Origin: the human T2T-CHM13v2.0 reference genome, Homo sapiens
DNA: 64,000 nucleotides
NCBI RefSeq assembly: GCF_009914755.1
Contig: NC_060927.1
Strand: one strand, 5' to 3'
Part shown: in pieces, positions 54,771 to 64,000 of the stretch
How positions within the stretch are numbered: the first letter of the stretch is position 1
Layout: every line of letters starts with the position of its first letter
Notes under the pieces: model-generated
Databases searched by the model: none
Told to the model about the DNA's origin: nothing
What the model saw: the letters and a program-made list of their open reading frames with translations, nothing else
Made by a program: the position numbers and the translations under genes

Positions 54771-56772
54771 GGAATTTAAGTAGCAGAGTTGAGATGTGAC
54801 CCTGTACATATTTAACTATTTACTGTACTTTCTACTATACTATAGTTCATGTATCACCAAAATATTCTGTGTATATCTACTATAATAGTCAGCATGGTTC
54901 TCAGCTTTCTCCACACTAGTTAGTGGCTCCTTAGGGAAAGAATAATATCTGTATTCTAAGTATATAATATTGTGTCTAGTACACAGTTCGGTCCTCATTC
55001 AATGTTTGTCGGATGTTTATTCCATTTTGATGACCTGTTTCTCCCTTCACGACATTGTGGCCAGACAGCAGTGATTTGTATGTATAGGAATGGAAAGGCA
55101 TGTGAGTAGAAGAATTAAAATCAACAAGGAGAATCCAAGTCCATCACTTAGAAAATTTAGATATAGTAGGCAAGCCCTGTAGAGGCCATTTATTCCTAGA
55201 TTCTGTGCTTTTGGACTGTATCTATGCCATTAGATGAGGAGCCCATGTGCCTTGAGGAGGTAGTGTGATTCAATTTTGGAGTGGCTAACTGAAAACACTT
55301 ACATTAACACATTTTCTAGCCAATCCTGTGTCTGCGTGTGTTTAATAACATTAAGATCAAAACAATCATTGCTAATATTTTTAGAGCTAATTTAATTTGA
55401 AATTCCAAATTAAGCAATTAAAAAATACAGATACTGTTGAATTGACTTTATAGATTAATTATAGGAAGAGGAAAAGATATTTTGAGTAGTTAGCAAGGAT
55501 AAAATAAGTTGTCAGTGCATCCAGAAAAAAAGGATGTAGGTTTCCAAGGATTTCGGGGAAAACAGGCAAAATAGGAGGCAAAGCGGGAAAAACTATGGGA
55601 TGTCTTGTGTTTTTGTTTCTTTGTTTCTTTGACTGAAGCAGTGGAGTGACTCAAGAACACAATGGGGGTTATCCAATCAGGGTTAAAATTTCAGTAAGGG
55701 TTACATGAGCAATATACCTATTGTGATTATTAGATACAGGACCAGTGTGTTATGAAAAATATTATTATTGAGAACAACCAAATGAAATAAATGTATTGTC
55801 TAGCTAGTTCTGTCTTTGTTGAATGCCTGAAAATAATCTGGGGAGAGCTTTGTTCTATGGAATAGAATGTATTGTGTGTAAAAAGTCCTTTTGTTCTGGC
55901 ATGCTTGAGAGTTCCCAGGTATAGTATATAACTATGGTTTCTCCCAAATAACTTTGCTAGAATTAGATGCAGACAATTAATCTTGTAGTTGTCTATCATA
56001 TATCAAGTGTCCTATTCTACAGACACGATTCTTCCTCTAGAAGAAATTTGAGACTAGGAAATGAGCAGAGGCCCATTCTCCTTGTTCTTTGTGTTTAAGT
56101 TGGCTTATGATGAGAGTAACCATAAAGGCCAATGTTTAGTATTATCCAGGAGATTAGGAACCACATAGAGAGGGTATTGGATCTAAACCAGGGAGCCAAG
56201 AAATGACTCTTACAAATTAAGAATGGTTTGCCACTGTTTAAAATAATGCTGGTTTACTTTTTATGCCTAATTCAGTTCCACATCTTAGAGCCAGCAACCA
56301 TCCAGATGGTGGTAGTTCTTTGGGACTTGACATTATTTTAAAAGGTCACCTCAGGCAAATTATAACTGGCACCTCTTTCTTATCAGAGAGCAAACATCTG
56401 TGAACTTGCTCCAGTTTTGAATCATCGGTGAAGCAGTTTCCCATGGCAGCTCCTTGCTGACTTTCTTTCTGGGTGAACTCTGTGAATTATTTATTTTTCC
56501 TATTAAAAATTGTCACATGCATTATATAGACAGTCCCATAATGTTCCTAAAATTTTGTCACTGAAATTTGAGTCAAGAGGCATTAGGTTTTAAATTCAGA
56601 GCTATACCATAGACTTACTTGGAATAACATTAACATTAAGGAAATGTCCCCATATAAGATGTATTTTTTTCACTGTAGTGTCACTACATCCCAGCTAACT
56701 TACAACATTTACTCTAGTGCCTCTATGCTAATAAAATAATAAAATATGTATAATTGCATTATATACAAATAA

Positions 56773-57123
<351 letters not shown>

Positions 57124-59802
57124 TCCTGTCCCCTTTCAATATTAGACAGGAAAAATGCATTAACATTATGAACCAGTTGTTCACATTTTCACATTATCCT
57201 TCAGTCCTCTCATCTACAGATTTAAAGAACTTCTGATTCTTCTGTTGTATACAGGCATTTGTTACATGGATACATTATGGAAAGAGGCAGATTGGAGAAT
57301 GGAAATATATCTTTTATTTTACCACCTTGAAGTGTGTACTATTAGTTTGCCAAACCAGTAAGAATTGATGCTCATATTGAAGATACGGAGGCCATTAATT
57401 ATGAATGAAAGTTTAAATTATGCTCAGTGTACTTTTTGCGTTTAGTGAATTTTATTTATTTTTTTCTTCCATACACCCACTTGAGTAATTACAAAGACTC
57501 ATGCTCAGTAGTAGGGTCTTGTTCTGAATTCTAGCCCTATACCTAAAGTCTGGTTTCTTTGCTTGGTTTGGGTTAACTTTCCCACCACTTCTAAAACATG
57601 GTATGACTTACTTAGGCCCTTGTCCGTTTAGCATTCTTGATATAGGCAACTCATCCTTCTCCGTTTTGTGGATAACATGTTGTAAATACTTTTTGGTGTA
57701 ACTTTTACAAAAATAAAAAATAGAAGTCCCAAATATTTTTAATTGTTCCTTGATTAAAATTAGGTTAAGAGAAACTTAATTGAAAGTTTTGAGAAAATAC
57801 AAGTGATTTTGAAAATAAAAATTACTGGATTACCAATAAGCCCTTGTTTATGTTGATAAGACAAGAAGCTAACAAAGGTGTATATATCAGGTACAATGTA
57901 TTTATGTAGAATCATACTCATTTTGTGTCTTGTCATTAGAAATCTTAACTTTTAAGTCTGATTGCCACAATGATAAAAGACTTTCCTATAATTTGTTGTT
58001 GTTGTTGTTGTTAGAAGGTTAGTTGACATAACTTTAAGGGTATGAACGTTTGATATAGAAAGCTAAATTCACAAGAACGTTATTTGTAGAAAACATGTTT
58101 ACTTAGTTTAGGTGGTAAATTATTTTTAGCATATGAGGTTGGATTGTCTCAACATCATTGCATTAATTAGCCTGTGAACCACAACTCCACTGATCCAAAT
58201 TAAAAATAAATTGATATTACACAATTCACTATAAATCATAAGGCAGAATATTGATTTTTTTTCTTTCGAAACTGGCCAAATTATGTCCCTTTATCTAAGC
58301 ACTACCTCTAATACACACTCCTATTTACAGGGTAGGGTACCTGTAGGCATGCTTTTCTTTTATGACCATGGGTGATACAACCATTGATGAGCATGCGACA
58401 CAACTAGCCAATCAAATTATCTTTCATGCATACATGGAACTGGGGTTTTGTGACATTGGTGTATCACTGTGGACATTTAAAAAGAGAGGATATGTCTTGG
58501 ACATGGAGAAGCAAATAATACTGGTCTTAGAAACAAATAAGAGGCCACAAAGAAAGCAAAGAGAAGATGTTTGGCACTAAGAAGAAAAAGAGAATGTTAC
58601 CCAAGTTCCTTGATTCTTTCTAGTTCTTCTTAAAGCCTGGCTACATATTGTCTGCCCTGTGTTTTATGAGATACCTTTTGATTATTTCTAATGAATTATC
58701 TGCTTTGGTTCAAACTACTTTGAATGGTATTCTATTTCCTGCAAACTATGACTCCGAATAAAAATAGCCTTGTGCAAATTTTTCGGATCCCATGTCTTAT
58801 TACTGTTGGGAACCCTTGGTGTAAAACATTTATGAAAATGTTACTGAGGCTGTTGTATCTCATATACATCATCCCAGGTACACATGATTATATTTCTAGT
58901 ACTAGCTATATCGATTCTCTAAGTTCCTTAACCACTCTGGTGTTTAGTCTTGGGCTTGGTTTGGGTTATTTGATGTCCTCAAGTAGCCTACATTTCTTTT
59001 AATTGTTCAAGTATTGTGCACTGGTATTATTCTCTGGACTTCCTTGGCAACTGTCATAATAGTTTGTTTTATATTAAAGTTACAGGGGCAACTCAATGTC
59101 CATTATAGCAAAGACTGCAGATTTAGAAATCACCTGAATGTGTTATAGAAAAATATGAATGTCTGGAGTGGGGTTTGGGACTCACTTTTATTTATAGAAT
59201 CCGAAGTGTAGCCTCATTTGACAACTGCTAACCACTCTTAGAATAATATAAGCTCCCTAAAGGGACACATAGGTACATATGACCTTCAGTGAAATTCAAT
59301 GACCTTCCATTTCCCCATTTATAATTCTGGTTTGAAGGACATAAATAGACCATAGTGGTAGGTAGCAGAGTTTTCAGACTAAGAAAGAGGTCTAACTTCC
59401 TCATTAAGTGGCCATTTCACTGTTTAGACCTGTATTTGGTTTACTCTTCTCTCTTGAAACCCTTGAGAAATATAGTGCCTTTCTCCCATTTTGGAGGGGA
59501 ACTTCAAACCACAACCAACTTAAACACTTGGAAGAAAGACCTGGCAGAATTAGAGCAGATTCAGTTGAAGGGAGGTGAGAAGTAGATTGGTTCAATTAGG
59601 TCTTTTGTAAACAAACAAACAAAAAAAACTATTTTCTTTCCTTTGTGACTGACCGTACTACTCATTAAAATGGTGGAATTTGGGGGGCCAAAATCATGTT
59701 GGAGACTGAGGATGTTGGTCTTTTTCTCTGTTCTAGTCCAAGTTCACAAATGGTGAAGCCCAGTGTGTTGAAGTAGGAAAGCACAAAGAAATTGCAGGCC
59801 AA

Positions 59803-60675
59803 CTGCTTGAAAGAAGACATACATGTGGCCAAGAAACATATGAAAAAAACTCAATATCACTGATCATTAGAGAAAAGCAAATCAAAACCACAATGAGATA
59901 TTATCTTGCACCAGTCAGAACAGCCATTATTAAAACGTCAAAAAAACAACAGATGCTGGCAAGGTTTGGGAGAAAAACGAATACTTTTACACTGGTGGTG
60001 GTAGAAATGTAAATTAGTTCAACCTTTGTGGAAGACAGTGGCCATTCCTCAAAGACCCAGAAGCAGAAAGGCCATTTGGCCCAGCAATCCCATTACTGGG
60101 TATATACCCAAAATAATATATAAATAATTCTATTTTAAAGATACATGCACACTAATGTTTGTTGCAGCACTATTCACAATAGCAAAGACATAGAACCAAC
60201 CAAAATGCCCATCAATGATAGAGTGGATAAAGAAAATGTGGTACATATACATCATGGAATATTATGTAGCCACAAAAAGAATGAGATCATGTCCTTTGCA
60301 GAGACATGGATGGAGCTGGAAGCCATTATCCTCAGCAAACGAATGCTAGAACAGAAAACCAAACACCACATGTTCTCACTTGTAAGTGGGAGCTGAATCA
60401 TGAGAACACATGGACACATTTTGGGGAATAACATATACTAGAGCCTATCAGGATATTGGGGGAGGGAGAGTATCAGGAAGAATAGCTAATGGAGGCTGGG
60501 GTTAATACCTAGGTGATGGGATGATCTGTGCTCCAAATATCCATGTCACAGGTTTACCTATGTAATGCATCTGCACATCCTGCACATGTACACCTGAACT
60601 TTAAATAATAGCTGAAGAAAAAAAAAAACACTGAATATAATTAGGGCCTAGGTCAATACAAAAAAAAAAAAAAAG
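59803..60675 (+). mobile_element. 5'-truncated L1 (L1PA11-13-like) carrying a 31-bp 3' transduction
   Basis: ORF2 end and 3'UTR (atcaggaagaatagctaatgg...taatacctaggtgatggg); A11 tail, unique tag, A15 tail; 18-bp TSD aaagaaattgcaggccaa at 59785-59802 and 60676-60693. Confidence 0.93.
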
Positions 60676-61149
60676 AAAGAAATTGCAGGCCAAAGCCTGG
60701 ACAGTAAGTTTTCCACATAGTGTCTTCCACATAATGCTAACCATTAGGAACTACCTGCACCTTTGTAGCTGCAGGGTGATTTCAAGAACCTAGGATACAA
60801 TCAGATACAATCATCATTGTCTCTTTTAATTACACATTTAACTCATATTTAACATACTGCCTTATAATTGTGCCTATGCTTTAATAAATAGTTTTTGAAT
60901 GAATGAAGAAAAATGTTCTTTATTAACTTCTTTTGTAATGTTTTTGAACTTTCAAAGGAAAATGACTTCATGCATTGAAAAAGAATGCAATCATAATTTT
61001 CTTCCTAATTGGGCTCATCCTCTCTGTAATTTGGAGACAGGTAAGTTTGTAAATATGGATTATGATAGTCATGCACATAATAAATCTCTTTTAGTGTCTG
61101 ACATCTAAACTAATATTTTCAAATCTGATTCTAAAAAGAAAAACTAGGA

Positions 61150-61221
61150 TTATATATATATATATATCTATATCTATATCTATATCTATATCTATATCTA
61201 TATCTATCTATATATATATAT
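61150..61221. repeat. Compound (TA)n/(TATATC)n microsatellite
   Basis: Direct reading. Confidence 0.95.
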
Positions 61222-61697
61222 CTCCTAAACTCTTTAAAAAGCCTGGTCATAGCATTAATAAAAAAGATATCTGAGAATATTCTGGCAGAGTTCAGATTCT
61301 TGATTAAAAGCAGACATATTTTGTGTTTACGCATTGGTAATTATGTTGTTCACAGGAAAAAAAATGACTCACCATTATGTATAATTGGTAAACAGATGGG
61401 GAGATATTTGATTGACTTCTTTTTTGTTTGTTTTCTTTTTAAAGAAGAAAAAAGGTCATTTTCTTCCCCTAACTTAAAGTGGTAGAGAGCAGTATAACAG
61501 ATGTGGCCAATTTCATTCTTGGAATGATATTTTTTGAAAAAGAAAGGGAGGAGGCAAAAATATTTCGGCATATATTATCTTCATTCTATGTGGATCATGG
61601 ACAGATTTAAAACAAAATATATGTATTTAAAAAATCTAAAACAATAATTTAAATCTTTAGAATCCTGATCTTGCAAATATGTAATAAATAAGTAAAT

Positions 61698-62043
61698 CAG
61701 AGTTTCACAGTACATATTTTCTGGAAATGTAGTTTTAAAATATGCCAATATTCATTATTCAAGACAAAACCTCTGTGATCAAGTAAATTTGGGAAAAACT
61801 AGTTTAAATAAGTCATACAGATTTCTTTATTGTAGTACTTCTCAGAACCATTAAATGCTAATGTGGACCGTGACTACATATATGTAGTGTGTATCTCTCT
61901 CTCTCTACACACACACATACACACACAATCTATTTTATAGAGAGAACAGTTTTCAAATGCATATTTGACTATAGAACTAGTTTTTTTTTCTCCTTGGCGT
62001 ATCATAGAGAGAAATGTTCTGTAGAACATACTTCAGAACACTG
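61698..62043. mobile_element. hAT-Charlie non-autonomous element (Charlie4/MER80-like)
   Basis: cag...ctg termini, degenerate 8-bp TSD aagtaaat/aaatgaat, internal ctgtgatcaagtaaatttgggaaa...tttctttattgtagtacttctcagaaccattaaatgctaatgtg. Confidence 0.5.
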
Positions 62044-62737
62044 AAATGAATGTTCCTCAATTCACCCATTAAGTCTTCAAGATTGCCATTGTTTATTGAT
62101 TCACTAATGAGTAGACTAAATGGTATTTGACTGGTCTGATGATGTTAAACAATCTCAAATAAATGAATTGCGTACTGGTTTCTATCTATATTCTGGCTAA
62201 CCTTTCCCTTTTGTCTAACCTGTGGAAGAAATTCATGATTAAAATATGCTTTAATTTTAACCAAGAAATCTTTTTCAGCTGGGGGAAAAAGAGCTGTATT
62301 TCTACCTTGAAATTATATCAAGCTGTAACTCTGGTTAATAAAATACTTAGAGCCTTGATGAAATAAATCATTGTAATAACAATATTCATCATCATTATTA
62401 TTTCCTCAGAAAGAGAACTGGCTTCTGGGTATTCATAGACTAATCCCACCTGCCACCACAAAATTTAGACTTTGAAGCAAATGTATTAGGTATTTCCTGG
62501 ATCACATCCCTAGATAACAAAGAGCTTCATTAAATATAGAAAGCTCTCCGTAGCCTTTGCCTCCCACTGGTTTAATATATAAAAGATTGAGCTAGATACA
62601 GAAATTGTATTTACATTCCTAAATCCACAAAGTATCATATTATGTTGTGTGAGAGAGACTGAAGGTCACTCTCTACCAAGCAGTCAACAAGGCCTAGTGT
62701 TTGGATTCAACTCCTCTCTTTGATTGATTTCAATAAA

Positions 62738-62769
<32 letters not shown>

Positions 62770-63278
62770 CAGCAGCAGTAATAACAATGACGCAAAAAAT
62801 TTAAAGCCAGTTTTTAAGTGGTGATAGCCTGCAACCTCTGCAAGAATGCAAAGATGTTTCAACTGAATACTATGCTAACATCAGCTCTGTGCTCTTTCAT
62901 ATCCATGCAAGGCAGAAAAGAAAAAGCTACCTAGAAGAGCATATGCTGAAAAATGAACTGGAAACCTGGGAAAATCTGCTGTGGAAAATTACAAGATTGC
63001 ATAATAGTAGTAACATACAAATATGATTTAGGTAAGATACTCAGGCCAGGCAAAAAGCTATTTTAATTTTCTGCAACTCTAGCTTTAGTTACAGTCTGTG
63101 TGACTTAAAGCCAAAGAACTATGTAGATGTCTCTCAGAGACAACTTGCCTGACAATAGTGCATATTTATCTGCATATTCTTTAATGGTAACTTTGAAATT
63201 GGCTTTTATAACTATTCTAATAATCTGTGCAATGGTTAAATCTAGTGTGGAAATTTTAATTATCAAAGTAAAGTGACA

Positions 63279-64000
63279 GTGACTGGCAAGATGGCTGAAT
63301 AGGAACAGCTCCAGTCTGCAGCTTCCAGCAAGATCAACACAGAAGGTGGGTAATTTCTGCATTTCCAACTGAGGCCCCTGACTCATATCACTGGGACTGG
63401 TTAGACAGTGGGTGTAGCCACCGGAGGGTGAGCTGAAGCAGGGTGGGGCACTGCCTCACCCAGGAAGTGCAAGGGGTTGGGGAAGTCCCTCCCCTAGACA
63501 AGGGAAGCCATGAGGGACTGTGCCCTGAGGAACGGTGCACTCCAGCCCAGATACTATGCTTTTCCCATGGTCTCAGCAACCCACAGACCAGGAGATTCCC
63601 TCGGGTGCCTACACCGCCAGGCCCTGGGTTTCAAGCACAAAACCGGGCAGCCATTTGGGCAGACACCGAGCTAGCTGCAGGAGTTGTTTTTCATACCCCA
63701 GTGGCACTTGGAATGCCAGAGAGACAGAACCATTCACTCCCCTGGAAAAAGGGCTGAAGCCAGGGAGCCAAGTGGTCTAGCTCAGCAGATCCCACCTCAA
63801 TGGAGCCCAGCAAGCTAAGATCCACTGGCTTGAAATTCTCGCTGAGAGCACAGCAATCTGAAGTCAACCTGAGATGCTTGAGCTTGGTGGGGGGAGGGGT
63901 GTCCACCATTACTGAGGCTTGAGGAGGTGGTTTTCCCCTCACAGTGTAAACAAAGCCTCTGGGAAGTTTGAACTGGGCGGAGCCCACTGCAGCTCTGCAA
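63279..64000 (+). mobile_element. L1 5'UTR start (L1PA7/8-like); continues beyond window
   Basis: ctggcaagatggctgaataggaacagctccagtctgcagc...ttctgcatttccaactgagg with YY1 site caagatggc at 63287-63295. Confidence 0.93.

Noticed and set aside
61131-61334. ORF with RY repeats
   Set aside because: Translation of a (TATATC)n microsatellite.

Overview
AT-rich primate (most likely human/great-ape) intergenic or deep-intronic DNA. It is dominated by interspersed repeats: Alu J/S/Y, L1PA and L1M fragments, L2, MIR, CR1, MaLR/ERVL/ERV1 LTRs and hAT-Charlie MITEs. I see no host protein-coding exon, RNA gene or CRISPR. The centrepiece is a minus-strand HERV-L provirus (37910-43885) with two MLT2A1 LTRs. 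It has a still-open 321-codon Gag (Fv1-homologous) frame and a precise deletion of the RT catalytic core. Its 5' LTR sits back-to-back with a THE1D LTR, and both carry DUX4-type motifs. Other well-supported mechanistic fossils are an L1 3' transduction with two poly(A) tails inside one TSD, a twin-primed inverted L1, a fold-back templated insertion, a rearranged MLT1 provirus and a 45-bp tandem duplication. Repeat subfamily names come from recalled consensus sequences and need RepeatMasker/Dfam confirmation. I cannot support a genuinely new biological system from sequence alone; the HERV-L/THE1D locus is the best lead.
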